Shown here: piece after piece, positions 19,906 to 30,305 of the stretch | Numbering within the stretch: the first letter of the stretch is position 1 | Layout: each line of letters starts with the position of its first letter | Source: Candidatus Latescibacterota bacterium | GTDB taxonomy: Bacteria > Latescibacterota > UBA2968 > UBA8231 | DNA length: 64,000 nt | Assembly (NCBI GenBank): GCA_965206595.1 | Contig: OZ242214.1 | Coordinates: 4,672,001-4,736,000 of the forward strand | Reading direction: 5' to 3' | The notes under the pieces: generated by a model | The model's input: only the letters and a program-made list of their open reading frames with translations | Told to the model about the DNA's origin: nothing | Databases searched by the model: none | Translations under genes and position numbers: made by a program

Positions 19906-20679
19906 ATGGTTCTCAAAGGTCGTACCGCTGTCGTGACCGGGGGAAGCTCCGGTATCGGGCGCGGGGTCTGCATCGAGTTTGCCCGCGAAGGAGCCAACGT
20001 CGTCGTGGCCGACGTTCAGGAGGCCCCCAAACGCGGCAGGTATCACGAGCAGGATACCCTAACCCCTACCGCGGAGGAGCTGGAGAAGCTGGACGTCAGG
20101 GGGCTGTTTGTCCAGGTCGATATAGCGAAAGATGAGGAGGTCCGGCAGCTGATGACCGCGGCGGCTGCGGAGTTCGGCGGCGTCGATATCCTGGTCAACA
20201 ACGCCGGCATATTCACCCTCGGCAACAGCGAGGAGCTGCCGGTGTCGGAGTGGGAGCGGATTATCGGCATAAATCTCAAGGGGGTGTTTCTGACCACGCG
20301 GCACGTCCTGCCCCATATGCGCAATTCGCGGGCGGGGCGGATCATCAACATCGCATCGGTGCACGCTTTCGGCGGCGGCGGCGGCCCTGCCTATGCGCCG
20401 GCAAAGGCCGGTGTCGTCAACCTCACCCGGGATACCGCCCTGGAGGTCGCCGCCGACAACATCACCGTCAACGCGGTCTGTCCCGGATACATCGAAACGG
20501 CGATTCAGGATTACCTGACGCCCGGGCAGATCGAGGAGTGCCTCCAAAAGACCCCGCTGCCGCGGCTCGGTTTGCCGAGGGACATCGGCAGGGCCTGCGT
20601 CTTTTTCGCCTCCGACGACGCTGCCTGGATTACGGGAGTGGCCCTTCCGGTCGACGGCGGCTGGCTGGCGCCGTTGTGA
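19906..20679 (+). CDS. SDR-family oxidoreductase
   Basis: TGGSSGIG, NNAG, YAPAK, PGYIET. Confidence 0.92.
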   Translation: MVLKGRTAVVTGGSSGIGRGVCIEFAREGANVVVADVQEAPKRGRYHEQDTLTPTAEELEKLDVRGLFVQVDIAKDEEVRQLMTAAAAEFGGVDILVNNAGIFTLGNSEELPVSEWERIIGINLKGVFLTTRHVLPHMRNSRAGRIINIASVHAFGGGGGPAYAPAKAGVVNLTRDTALEVAADNITVNAVCPGYIETAIQDYLTPGQIEECLQKTPLPRLGLPRDIGRACVFFASDDAAWITGVALPVDGGWLAPL

Positions 20680-20683
20680 TTCT

Positions 20684-21874
20684 TCAGTGGTGAAACAGCC
20701 GGATGCCGGAGTGGACCATCACCATTCCGCAGGCATCGGCGGCCTCCGTCACCTCCTGGTCCATGGTCGATCCCCCGGTCTGCACGATGAACTCGACGCC
20801 GCTGCGGCTGGCCCGGTCGATGTTGTCGCGGAAAGGGAAGTAGGCGTCCGAGCTCAGGGCCACCCCCTTGAATCCCGCCAGCCATTCCCCCTTTTCCTCG
20901 GCGGACAACGGATGTGGAACCCTCCTGAAGTTGCGCTCCCAGGAATGTCGCTCCGCCGCCGAAATCGCTCCCTGCGCTAGCTCGTCCTGCAGGTACAAGT
21001 CGATGGCGTTGTCGCGGTCAGGGCGCCTGATGCCCCTGCGAAACTCAAGAGCCAGCACACGCGGATGCTGGCGCAGGTACCAGTTGTCGGCCTTGCCCGC
21101 GGCCAGCCGCACGCAGTGAATGCGCGACTGCTGGCCCGCCCCGACCCCGACAACCTGCCCGTCCCTGGCGAGACAGACGGAATTCGACTGGGTGTACTTG
21201 ACCGCGACGGTGGCGACGATGAGGTCGCGCACCGCCCTCTCGTCCAAGTCGCGTCGCCTCGTAACCACGTTGCTCAGGAAGTCCTCGCCGGGCACGAAGT
21301 CGTTGCGGCGCTGTTCCATCGACAGACCGAATAGCTGGCGCGTCTCCACCGGGCCCGGCCGGTATTCCGGGTCGATGCGCAGCACCTTGTAGCTCCCCCC
21401 CCGCTTACTTCGCAGAATGGCGAGCGCCTCGGGGTCGTAGTCCGGAGCGATGACCCCGTCCGACACCTCGACGCGGATCAACTCGGCGGTGGTGACGTCG
21501 ACCGCGTCGCTGAGGGCGATCCAGTCCCCGTACGAGGCGAGGCGATCGGCGCCGCGTGCGCGGGCGTACGCGCAGGCCAGCGGGGTAAGCCGGTCAGCCG
21601 GGGGCGCGAAAAGGGCGCGGCGCAGCGGTTCCGGCAGCGGGATTCCGACCGCCGCCCCGGCCGGGCTGACATGCTTGAACGACGCCGCGGCCGGCAGTCC
21701 GGTAACCTGCCTGAGCTCGCGGACGAGCTGCCAGGAGTTGAGTGCGTCCATCAGGTTGATGTAGCTCGGGGCGTCGTTCAAGGCCTCCAGGGGCAGCTCA
21801 CCTCCTGGCAGGTGACAGCGCGCCTGTCGCTGGTGCGGATTGCAGCCGTAGCGCATGGCCACTTCCGTCGTCAT
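20684..21874 (-). CDS. AICAR formyltransferase (PurH transformylase domain only)
   Basis: MRYGCNPHQ, SFKHVSPAGAA, KYTQSNSV, GAGQQSRIHC, SSDAYFPFRDN, RLFHH; no N-terminal cyclohydrolase domain. Confidence 0.88.
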   Translation of the reverse strand: MTTEVAMRYGCNPHQRQARCHLPGGELPLEALNDAPSYINLMDALNSWQLVRELRQVTGLPAAASFKHVSPAGAAVGIPLPEPLRRALFAPPADRLTPLACAYARARGADRLASYGDWIALSDAVDVTTAELIRVEVSDGVIAPDYDPEALAILRSKRGGSYKVLRIDPEYRPGPVETRQLFGLSMEQRRNDFVPGEDFLSNVVTRRRDLDERAVRDLIVATVAVKYTQSNSVCLARDGQVVGVGAGQQSRIHCVRLAAGKADNWYLRQHPRVLALEFRRGIRRPDRDNAIDLYLQDELAQGAISAAERHSWERNFRRVPHPLSAEEKGEWLAGFKGVALSSDAYFPFRDNIDRASRSGVEFIVQTGGSTMDQEVTEAADACGMVMVHSGIRLFHH

Positions 21875-21987
21875 CTGCATCTCCTGGTCGCTCGGAGTTT
21901 TGTTGACACTGGGAGAGAGCGGCTTGTTAATTATGCCGCCGGGGCGCAAAGGAACGCACGCAAAAAGTTGCAAGCAAAGGTGCAGGA

Positions 21988-23025
21988 ATGTTCAAGGGTG
22001 GATACACTGCAATCGTCACGCCGATGAAGGAAGACGGCAGTGTCGACTACGACGGACTCGATCGCCTTCTAGATTTCCAGATCGACAACGGCATCCAGGG
22101 GATCATCGCCGTGGGGACCACGGGCGAAAGCCCGACACTTCTTTGGGAAGAGCACAACGAGGTCGTCGAGCGCACCTGCAGCAAAACGCGGGACCGCTGC
22201 ATTGCCGTCGCCGGTACGGGGAGCAACTCGACCCGCGAAACTCTGGAGGGAACCGCCCACGCCGCTCATAACGGAGCCGAGGCGGTGCTTCTGGTCGATC
22301 CTTACTACAACGGCCCCAGCTCGGTCGAGATCCGCCGCGAATACGTCGAGCCGGTTGCCAGCGGGTTCCCCCAGCTTCAGGTGATTCCCTACATCATCCC
22401 CGGGCGCACCGGAACGATGATGCACGCCGAGGATCTGGCGATCCTGTCGCGGCAGTACGGAAACGTCTCCGCGGTCAAGGAAGCGACGGGGGATTTCGAC
22501 AACATGGCCAAGACCCGGCGGCTGTGCGGCGACGGCTTCGGCATACTGTCCGGGGACGACGACAAGACGGTCGAGATGATGAAGCGGGAAGACATCAAGG
22601 CCGCGGGTGTGATTTCGGTGATGTCGAACGTCGTCCCCGGAGGAATCCAGCGGATGACGGAGCTTCTCGGGTCCGGCGATCACGCCGGGGCCGACCGGCT
22701 GGCTGCCGACATGCAGCCATTCTTCGGCATGGTAGGCGTTGCCGTCGACGAGGCGACGGAACACGGGACGGTGCAGTGCAAGTTCCGCAATCCCCTGCCG
22801 GTAAAGACGCTGATGAACATCCTCGGCATGCCGGCTGGCCCCTGCCGCCGGCCTCTCGGAAAGCTCACCAGGGCAGGTCTCGACGTCGTAGTCGCTGCGG
22901 CGCGTCAGGTCTGGGAGAACGACCCCGGTCTGCTGGCACCGGTAGGGGAGTTCTTCGGCGTCGATATCGAAGCGAGGCTGCACGACAGCTGCCTTCACGA
23001 GTCGTTGATCTACAGCTCGTATTGA
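21988..23025 (+). CDS. dapA: 4-hydroxy-tetrahydrodipicolinate synthase
   Basis: TAIVTP, GTTGESPTL, GTGSNST, PYYN, YIIPGRTG, KEATG; adjacent to dapB. Confidence 0.93.
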   Translation: MFKGGYTAIVTPMKEDGSVDYDGLDRLLDFQIDNGIQGIIAVGTTGESPTLLWEEHNEVVERTCSKTRDRCIAVAGTGSNSTRETLEGTAHAAHNGAEAVLLVDPYYNGPSSVEIRREYVEPVASGFPQLQVIPYIIPGRTGTMMHAEDLAILSRQYGNVSAVKEATGDFDNMAKTRRLCGDGFGILSGDDDKTVEMMKREDIKAAGVISVMSNVVPGGIQRMTELLGSGDHAGADRLAADMQPFFGMVGVAVDEATEHGTVQCKFRNPLPVKTLMNILGMPAGPCRRPLGKLTRAGLDVVVAAARQVWENDPGLLAPVGEFFGVDIEARLHDSCLHESLIYSSY

Positions 23026-23059
23026 GACGATTTGAAAGTTTGAAGCCGGGTCGCGAAGA

Positions 23060-23863
23060 ATGATCAAGGTAGCAGTCGATGGCGTCGCGGGACGGATGGG
23101 GCAGCGGTTGGCCCACTTGGTCCTCGAAAGCGACGACCTGACCCTCGTCGGGGCGAAGGAGCATCCCGATCAACCCGCCATAGGCGCCGACGTCGGCACC
23201 GTAATCGGCACTCCGGATGTCGGCGTGCAAGTGGGCTCCCGGGCCGGAGACCTGGTCGCAGCGGCCGAGGTCGTGGTGGCGTTCACGGCACCCGAGGCGA
23301 CCGTCGAGACCGCGGCGGCCTGTGGAGAGCATGGTACCCCCCTGGTAGCCGGCACAACGGGCATGTCGGATTCCCAGCTGGCCGAATTCAGGAGCGCCGT
23401 AACCCCGATTCCTTGTGTATTCGCCCCCAATTTTTCTACCGCCATGAACGTGCTGTTCCGGCTCGTCGAGGAAGCGGCGCGCATTCTCGGCGACGACTAT
23501 GACGTCGAGGTCGTCGAGGCTCACCACCGCTACAAGGCGGATGCACCAAGCGGCTCCGCCCTGCGCCTTGGGGAGCGCGCCGCGGCAGGCCTGAACCGCT
23601 CGCTCGACGAGGTGGCAGTCCACGGCCGCCGGGGGGCGGTCGGAGAGCGCACCCGCAGTGAGATCGGTGTGCACGCCGTACGTCTCGGCGATCTCGCCGG
23701 CGACCACTCGGTCTACTTCGGCGCACCGGGGGAGTACCTCGAACTCAGGCACCACGCCACCAGCCGCGATTCCTTCGCGCTGGGGGCTCTGAGGGCCGTG
23801 CGCTTCGCGGCCTCGGCACCGGCCGGACTGTACGATATGGGGGATGTGCTGGGCTTGAAGTAA
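23060..23863 (+). CDS. dapB: 4-hydroxy-tetrahydrodipicolinate reductase
   Basis: GVAGRMG, GTTG, APNFS, EAHHRYKADAPSGSA, FALGALRA. Confidence 0.95.
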   Translation: MIKVAVDGVAGRMGQRLAHLVLESDDLTLVGAKEHPDQPAIGADVGTVIGTPDVGVQVGSRAGDLVAAAEVVVAFTAPEATVETAAACGEHGTPLVAGTTGMSDSQLAEFRSAVTPIPCVFAPNFSTAMNVLFRLVEEAARILGDDYDVEVVEAHHRYKADAPSGSALRLGERAAAGLNRSLDEVAVHGRRGAVGERTRSEIGVHAVRLGDLAGDHSVYFGAPGEYLELRHHATSRDSFALGALRAVRFAASAPAGLYDMGDVLGLK

Positions 23864-23877
23864 CCCGGCCCGGAAGA

Positions 23878-24657
23878 TCAGGTCAGGCTGGAGCGCTCGG
23901 GGCTCGGGCCCTTGAGAAAGGGTCGCATGGTGCGCAGCTTGTCCCGCAGGCGGGCGGCCTCTTCGAAGTTTTCCGCCTCTACCGCTACGTTGAGATCCCT
24001 TTCGAGCTGTTCTCGATGCGAGAGCGGCCGCTCCTTTTCCAGCTCTTCGTGCCAGTCGCGGAGGAAGGAGAGTTCGGGGAAGTCCTCTTCGAGTGTCTCG
24101 CCCTCCCACTCGGCGATGAAACCCTCGATGCGCTCGATTCCGCGCTCGACTTCGCGCAGGGCGGAGCGGTAATCCTCTCTGTCGAGGGCCAGCATCGCCT
24201 TGGCCCTCGCCTGCATCATGATGGCGTGCGGGTAATACTGCTCGAAGTACCACTTGACCTCGTCGCTTGCTGCCCGCTGTTGGACAAGGTCGAAGATATC
24301 GAGGTTGTGCCCGGTGTCTTCGACTACCCCGGCATAATCTTCGAGGTAGAAGAGACTGAGATAGCGCTGGTAGTACTGCCACGCCTCCTGGAACAGTTCT
24401 TCGCAAGCCTCGTCATCCAACTCCGGATTGCCTGCTCCGGCCTCTTTGCCGGACCCGTTCCCGTAATGCTCGAGAAGGGAGACCGAGCCGAAAGGCCGTT
24501 GGCCGTCTGGACGTCCTGCTACTTCGAGCTGAAGCATGCCCATGTCGATCCGGATCTGGATCTTTTCGGAGCCGTCTCTGGCGATAATCCTGCGCGCGAT
24601 GAACTCATCGGGGTCAAAGGGCCAACTGTTCAACAGGTCACCGATGTCGTATTTCAT
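23878..24657 (-). CDS. UvrB/UvrC-motif-containing hypothetical protein
   Basis: KIQIRIDMGMLQLEVAGRPDGQRPFG; C-terminal UVR motif LNVAVEAENFEEAARLRDKL. Confidence 0.8.
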   Translation of the reverse strand: MKYDIGDLLNSWPFDPDEFIARRIIARDGSEKIQIRIDMGMLQLEVAGRPDGQRPFGSVSLLEHYGNGSGKEAGAGNPELDDEACEELFQEAWQYYQRYLSLFYLEDYAGVVEDTGHNLDIFDLVQQRAASDEVKWYFEQYYPHAIMMQARAKAMLALDREDYRSALREVERGIERIEGFIAEWEGETLEEDFPELSFLRDWHEELEKERPLSHREQLERDLNVAVEAENFEEAARLRDKLRTMRPFLKGPSPERSSLT

Positions 24658-24919
24658 CTCTGTTCTGACCTTCGCGCCTTGCGTGGATTTTCGCCACACA
24701 CAGTGGCTGGAAAAATTTCAGCTGAATATAGCGTACGCTCCGGTGCCACGCTACGATGCAGTCCCTCGATTTCCCCGGGGGACTTTCTCGAAATAGCGTC
24801 TGCAAAAGGTGGGCGTGGACAGTTATTACCCGGCTTTCTAACGCGGAAAGATCCCTCTATAATAAGTCGCCGACGCAGCGCCGCTGCCGTGGGAATTTCG
24901 TCTGCTCCGAGGAGATAGG

Positions 24920-25978
24920 ATGGCAAGGGAGATTGGATTCGGTGTGGTCGGCCTGGGTATGGGCCGCCACCACTGCACCGCGATCAACAGGGCTGAGGGG
25001 GCTAGGCTCGTCGCCATTTGCGATGCGGACGAGAAGCGTCTGGAAGCCGGCACCGAAGAGTATGGATGCCGGGGTTACACCGACTACGAAAGCTTCCTTG
25101 GCGACGAGGATGTCGAGGTCGTCAATATCGCCACCCCTTCCGGGTCCCACACAGAGTTGGCTATCCCGGCGGCAGGGGCCGGCAAACATCTGGTCGTCGA
25201 AAAACCGGCGGACATCACCATCGAGCGGGTCGACGCGATGATTGCCGCCTGCGCGGCGAACGGCGTCAAGGCCGCCGGGATTTTCCAGGCCCGTTTCAAC
25301 GCCCTGAACATCCGCATACGGGAAGCGGTAGCCGCAGGCCGACTCGGCAGGCTGATCGGCGTGCACGGACACCTGCCATGGTACCGCACCGGGGAGTACT
25401 ACGGAGGAGCCCACGGCTCGTGGAAGGGCACCTGGAGGATGGACGGAGGGGGGTCCCTGATGAACCAGGGGGTCCACACCGTCGACCTGCTGCAGTGGTT
25501 TGCCGGAAAGGTCGAAAGCGTGTTCGGGCGGTTCGGCATCTTCGCCCACGATATCGAAGCCGAAGACCAGGTAGCCGCGGTGCTCCGTTTCGCCAACGGC
25601 GCCCTGGGAACCCTCTACACGACGACCTGCTGCTACCCCGGATACGATCAGCGGATCACCCTCTACGGCGACCGGGGTTCGATCATCAAGGAGGAGGGAA
25701 CGCTGGTGAGCTGGAAGATCGCCGACGACCCCGACGGTGCTGAAGAAGCCGAGCTTCTCGGACGGTTCGGAGCCGATGCCGGCAAGGGCAGCGGGGCGGC
25801 GGATCCGATGGCGGCCAGCTTCGATGGCCACACGGAGATCGTGGCCGACATGGTCGCGGCGATCCGCCAGGACCGCTCTCCTGCGATCTCCCTGGCCAGC
25901 GCCCGCCACGCCGTGGAAGTCATCAACGCCGTTTACGACTCGGGCCGCGCCGGAGCGCCGGTCACGTTGGGAGACTAG
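24920..25978 (+). CDS. Gfo/Idh/MocA-family oxidoreductase
   Basis: GVVGLGMG, ATPSGSH, GKHLVVEKP, GGGSLMNQGVHTVD. Confidence 0.92.
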   Translation: MAREIGFGVVGLGMGRHHCTAINRAEGARLVAICDADEKRLEAGTEEYGCRGYTDYESFLGDEDVEVVNIATPSGSHTELAIPAAGAGKHLVVEKPADITIERVDAMIAACAANGVKAAGIFQARFNALNIRIREAVAAGRLGRLIGVHGHLPWYRTGEYYGGAHGSWKGTWRMDGGGSLMNQGVHTVDLLQWFAGKVESVFGRFGIFAHDIEAEDQVAAVLRFANGALGTLYTTTCCYPGYDQRITLYGDRGSIIKEEGTLVSWKIADDPDGAEEAELLGRFGADAGKGSGAADPMAASFDGHTEIVADMVAAIRQDRSPAISLASARHAVEVINAVYDSGRAGAPVTLGD

Positions 25979-27143
25979 TGTGGCGTCCGAGAAATGGGTT
26001 GCATTAACTGATTTCCCCCGTATTATCTTTCCGGTATGGCCCGACCCATCTCCAAAGTGGACCTTACCGAACCGGAAAGACAAGCGCTGGAAGGCCGCGT
26101 CAAAGCGTCGACCGCGTCGCCGCGCGATAGCCTGCGCGCGGCGATTATCTTGCGTCGCGCCGAAGGGATCAAACAGGCGCAGGTGGCCCGGGAGCTTGGG
26201 GTCAGCGTGGCGTGTGTGAACAAGTGGTCGCAACGCTTCGAACGCGACGGTTTGGACGGGTTGCAGGATGCGAAGGGGCGCGGGCGACCGCCCTCTCTTC
26301 CCTCCGATAAGGTCGAGCAGGTCATCACCGCTGCGACGCAGCCGCCGAAACCGCGTACGCGGTGGACGGTTCGCACCATGGATCAAGCCGTGGGGATGTC
26401 GCCGGACAGCGTGCACCGCATCTGGAAGGCCAACGACATCAAGCCCCATTTGACCAAGACCTTCAAGGTGTCCAATGACAAGCGCTTTGAAGAGAAGTTT
26501 TGGGATGTGATCGGACTGTATCTCGATCCCCCCGAAAAGGCCCTGGTCCTGTGTTGTGACGAGAAGTGCCCGTGTCAGGCGTTGGAGCGCAGTCAGCCGG
26601 GCTTGCCTTTGGGCGTGGGGGAGCTTCGCACCAGGACGCACGACTACAAACGCCACGGGACGATCACCCTGTTTGCCGCGTTGAACTACCTGGACGGCAA
26701 GCTCATCGCGCGCACCGAGGAGCAGCACACCCACGTGGAGTGGCTGCGTTTCCTGAAACAGATCGACCGAGAAACCCCGAAGGAGTTGGATCTGCACCTG
26801 ATCGTCGACAACTACAGCACGCACAAAGAAGACAGGGTCAAACAGGGGCTGTCTCGGCACCGGCGCTTTCACCTCCATTTCACCCCGACCGGTTCGTCCT
26901 GGTTAAACCTGATCGAACGCTTCTTCGGCGAACTGACGCAAGACGTGATCCGCGATGGCAGCTTCTCCAGCGTCAAAGCGCTGGTGAAAGACATCGAAAG
27001 CTATCTGGCCGAGAGGAACCGGAACCCCAAGCCCTACAAGTGGAAGGCGCGAGGCGAGGACATCCTGCGCAAGATCCAACGCGCCCGGCAGGCGCTGGAA
27101 GCCGAGCGGGGTTAATTCCTTCCATTTAACGGACACTACACTA
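25976..27143 (+). mobile_element. IS630-family insertion sequence (coordinates include the flanking TA)
   Basis: Left end TAGTGTGGCGTCCGAGAAATGG; right end reverse complement TAGTGTAGTGTCCGTTAAATGG; CTAG at both junctions (25975-25978, 27141-27144). Confidence 0.92.
26036..27115 (+). CDS. IS630-family transposase
   Basis: N-terminal HTH, GRGRP, DDE motifs CCDEK / IVDNYSTHK / WLNLIERFF, THDYKRHGT. Confidence 0.95.
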   Translation: MARPISKVDLTEPERQALEGRVKASTASPRDSLRAAIILRRAEGIKQAQVARELGVSVACVNKWSQRFERDGLDGLQDAKGRGRPPSLPSDKVEQVITAATQPPKPRTRWTVRTMDQAVGMSPDSVHRIWKANDIKPHLTKTFKVSNDKRFEEKFWDVIGLYLDPPEKALVLCCDEKCPCQALERSQPGLPLGVGELRTRTHDYKRHGTITLFAALNYLDGKLIARTEEQHTHVEWLRFLKQIDRETPKELDLHLIVDNYSTHKEDRVKQGLSRHRRFHLHFTPTGSSWLNLIERFFGELTQDVIRDGSFSSVKALVKDIESYLAERNRNPKPYKWKARGEDILRKIQRARQALEAERG

Positions 27144-27146
27144 GCA

Positions 27147-28070
27147 ATGGCTCATCATCAATTCACCCCCGACCACTATCACACGGCCATAGGCAGCCAT
27201 GAACCGGTTCTCGAAATCGCGCCGGGCGACAGCGTTTCGACGACGACGGTCGACGCCAGGGGAGGGGATGCGAGCGGCGCAACGGTAACCGAACGCGGAA
27301 ATCCGCAGACAGGCCCTTTCTACATTATCGGTGCGGAACCGGGGGATACTCTGGCCATCACCCTCGACGAGCTGCGGCCTAACAGACCGACAGGATTCAC
27401 CGGCCTGCGCATCGCCCCCAACGTGCTCGACCACGGCTACATTCCGCAGTTCGGCGACGGCATCGATGGCGGCACCGCACAATGGGCGGTAGACACGGAA
27501 AGGGGCACTGCGCGACTGCTGTCGCCCGAGGGGCCGTTGACGGGAATCGAGCTCGAACTCGACCCGATGATCGGCTGCTTCGGGGTGGCCCCCCCTCGCC
27601 GGCAGGCGATCTCGTGCGCAACCTCGGATACCCACGGCGGCAACATGGATTATCGGGGCTTTCGCCAGGGTGTGAAGGTCTACTTTCCCGTTGCCGTCGA
27701 GGGCGCCCTGTTCCACATAGGGGACGGCCACGCCCTGCAGGGGGACGGCGAGATCGTCGGCACGGGCATAGAGATCTCCTTCGACGTCACCTTCACTGCA
27801 GATCTCATCAAGGACAAACGGATAGGCTGGCCGCGTGCCGAGAACGACGACTACCTGATGGCGGTCGGCAATGCCCGGCCCCTCGACCAGGCACTGCAAC
27901 ACGCTACGACCGAGCTCGTCGAGTGGCTTCAGGCCGACTTCGGAATCGACCCCCGCACCGTTCACATGCTGCTCGGCCAATGTGTGGAGTACGACGTGGG
28001 GAACGTCTACGATCCGGCTTACACGATGGTGTGCAAGATCGCCAGGAAGTACGTCGAGCAGTTGTCGTAG
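27147..28070 (+). CDS. Acetamidase/formamidase-family protein
   Basis: NPQTGPFYI.GAEPGD, PMIGCFGVAP, HGGNMD, GDGHALQGDGE. Confidence 0.9.
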   Translation: MAHHQFTPDHYHTAIGSHEPVLEIAPGDSVSTTTVDARGGDASGATVTERGNPQTGPFYIIGAEPGDTLAITLDELRPNRPTGFTGLRIAPNVLDHGYIPQFGDGIDGGTAQWAVDTERGTARLLSPEGPLTGIELELDPMIGCFGVAPPRRQAISCATSDTHGGNMDYRGFRQGVKVYFPVAVEGALFHIGDGHALQGDGEIVGTGIEISFDVTFTADLIKDKRIGWPRAENDDYLMAVGNARPLDQALQHATTELVEWLQADFGIDPRTVHMLLGQCVEYDVGNVYDPAYTMVCKIARKYVEQLS

Positions 28071-28122
28071 ATCGAGAGAAGACGGAATGACAGGCGGCGC
28101 GTCTGTCTGAACCTCCGCCGTC

Positions 28123-30207
28123 CTAGGCCGATTTCTTGCGGCCGGGGACCTCCACCACACCGCCCCGGGCGATCTCCATCAGGGAATCCTGGAAGCTGAG
28201 AGCCGGCTCGCCAGGAAGCGGCTCGAGGCGCAGGTAGGAACCATCGGACTGCAACAGCCGCGCCTTGACGCGATCGCTCAGGCAGAGTTGCAGCTCCTTG
28301 TAGAGACGGTCCTTCAGCCCCGGGTCCTCTACAGGAAAGACCACCTCGACCCGTCCCCTGAGATTGCGGTTCATCCAATCGGCGCTCCCCGCCCAGACCT
28401 CCGCGTCGCCGCCGTTGTGGAAATAGAATACGCGGCTGTGCTCGAGATAGCGCCCGATGATGCTGTACACCCGGATGTGCTCGCTGATGCCGAGCATGCC
28501 TGGGCGCAGGCAGCAGATTCCCCTGACCACCAGGTCGATCTCGACGCCGGCGATCGAAGCGGCGTAGAGCTGGCGGATGATCTCGGGGTCCACGAGTCCG
28601 TTCATCTTGGCGATGATGCGGGCAGGCCTGCCCTCGCCGGCGAACTTCGCCTCGCGCTGTATGCGCTCGACCATGCCGCTGAGAAGGGTCGTCGGCGCGA
28701 CCAGCAGCTTCTGAAACCTCTCCGTCGATCTCGCGGTCAGCAGGTTGAACACCTCGGCGACCTCGCTGTTGAGATCCTCGCGGGCCGTCAGCAGTCCGAG
28801 GTCGGTGTAGAAGCGGGCGGTCTGGTGATTGTAGTTCCCCGTTCCCATGTGGGCGTAACGCCGCAGCCGGTCCTCGTCCCGCCGCACGATCATCGACAAC
28901 TTGCAGTGCGTCTTCATGCCCAGCAGCCCGTAAACGACGTGGACCCCGCACTCTTCGAGTTGCTTGGCCCACTCGATGTTGGAGGTTTCCTCGAAGCGCG
29001 CCTTCAACTCGATCAGAGCGGTCACTTCCTTGCCCTGCTCCGCCGCCTCGATGAGGGCCTGCACCACCTTCGAGTCCTCGCCGGTCCGGTAGAGGGTCTG
29101 CTTGATAGCCAGTACCCGGGGATCGGAGACCGCCATGCCGATGAAATCGATGACGGTGTTGAAGGAATCGTAGGGATGGTGGAGGAGGATGTCGCGAGAA
29201 CGCAGCGTCTCGAAGAACTGGTCGGGATCCCTGGGCAGGTTGAGCTCCACCGGTGTGTAGGGGGGAAACTTCAGGTCCGCCCGGTTGACGACGTCGTAGA
29301 TGGTGACGACGCGGTTGAGATTCACCGGCCCGTCGGCGAAGTAGACCTGGTCTTTGTCGAGCCCGAACTGCCTCCTGAGAAAAGTCACCAGGCGCTCCGG
29401 GGCGCCGGCTTCGATCTCCAGGCGGACCGGATCCCCCTTGCGGCGGTTTTCCAGCGATTCGGCGATCTCCTCGAGCAGGTTGTCCGCTTCTTCTTCGTTG
29501 ACGTAGAGCTCGCTGTTGCGGGTGACGCGAAACGCCGCCCACCCGGTCATCTCGTACCCCTCGAAGAGCTCGTTGAGGTGGTGGGCGACGATGCCGGCAA
29601 GGGTCACGAGGTGCACGGAGTCGCGATCGGTGTCGGGGAGCCGGAGAATCCTCGGCAGAACCCGGGGAACGGTGACGACGCCGATGGCGGTGGTGCCGTT
29701 CGACTCCAACAGCACCCCGTGGCAGAGAGCCTTGTTGAGGACCCGGGGAAAAGGATGAGCCGGGTCGATCGCTATCGGGGTGAGGATTGGTTCAAGCTCT
29801 TCCTTCCAGTAGCGCTGGATGAAGGCGCGCTGCTCGCCGGTCAGGTGGTTGACTTCCCGCAGGTGGATCCCCTCCTCGGACAGCGCCGGAAGCAACTCGT
29901 CGTTCCAACAGGCGTAGTGGGAGCGGACCAGCTTGTGCGCCTTGGCGGAGATCGCCTGGATCTGTTCGTCGGGGTTGAGTCCGTCGGCTCCACTGACGGC
30001 TGCCCCGCTGTCGCGAAGCTGCAGGAGGCCGGCGACCCGTACTTCGAAAAACTCGTCGAGGATATCGGCGACGATCCCCAGAAAGCGCACGCGCTCCAGC
30101 AGGGGGTTGCGCCGGTCGCGCGCTTCTTCGAAGACCCGGCGGTTGAAATCGAGCCAGGAGAGCTCGCGGTTGATGTAGTATTCGGGGCGTCGCAGGTCGG
30201 TCGCCAC
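28123..30207 (-). CDS. ppk1: Polyphosphate kinase 1
   Basis: YINRELSWLDFN.RV, HPFP, LHHPYDSF, KQTLYR, KTHCK, GTGNYN, GSADWM.RNL. Confidence 0.96.
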   Translation of the reverse strand: MATDLRRPEYYINRELSWLDFNRRVFEEARDRRNPLLERVRFLGIVADILDEFFEVRVAGLLQLRDSGAAVSGADGLNPDEQIQAISAKAHKLVRSHYACWNDELLPALSEEGIHLREVNHLTGEQRAFIQRYWKEELEPILTPIAIDPAHPFPRVLNKALCHGVLLESNGTTAIGVVTVPRVLPRILRLPDTDRDSVHLVTLAGIVAHHLNELFEGYEMTGWAAFRVTRNSELYVNEEEADNLLEEIAESLENRRKGDPVRLEIEAGAPERLVTFLRRQFGLDKDQVYFADGPVNLNRVVTIYDVVNRADLKFPPYTPVELNLPRDPDQFFETLRSRDILLHHPYDSFNTVIDFIGMAVSDPRVLAIKQTLYRTGEDSKVVQALIEAAEQGKEVTALIELKARFEETSNIEWAKQLEECGVHVVYGLLGMKTHCKLSMIVRRDEDRLRRYAHMGTGNYNHQTARFYTDLGLLTAREDLNSEVAEVFNLLTARSTERFQKLLVAPTTLLSGMVERIQREAKFAGEGRPARIIAKMNGLVDPEIIRQLYAASIAGVEIDLVVRGICCLRPGMLGISEHIRVYSIIGRYLEHSRVFYFHNGGDAEVWAGSADWMNRNLRGRVEVVFPVEDPGLKDRLYKELQLCLSDRVKARLLQSDGSYLRLEPLPGEPALSFQDSLMEIARGGVVEVPGRKKSA

Positions 30208-30305
30208 GCGGATCTCCCGTCAGGGGCGAAGGTTGTGCGAAAACTTACGCTGAAACCTGAACTTACCGTGAATATTGAAGTTATGCATTCTTTTGCCGGA
30301 TCAAG

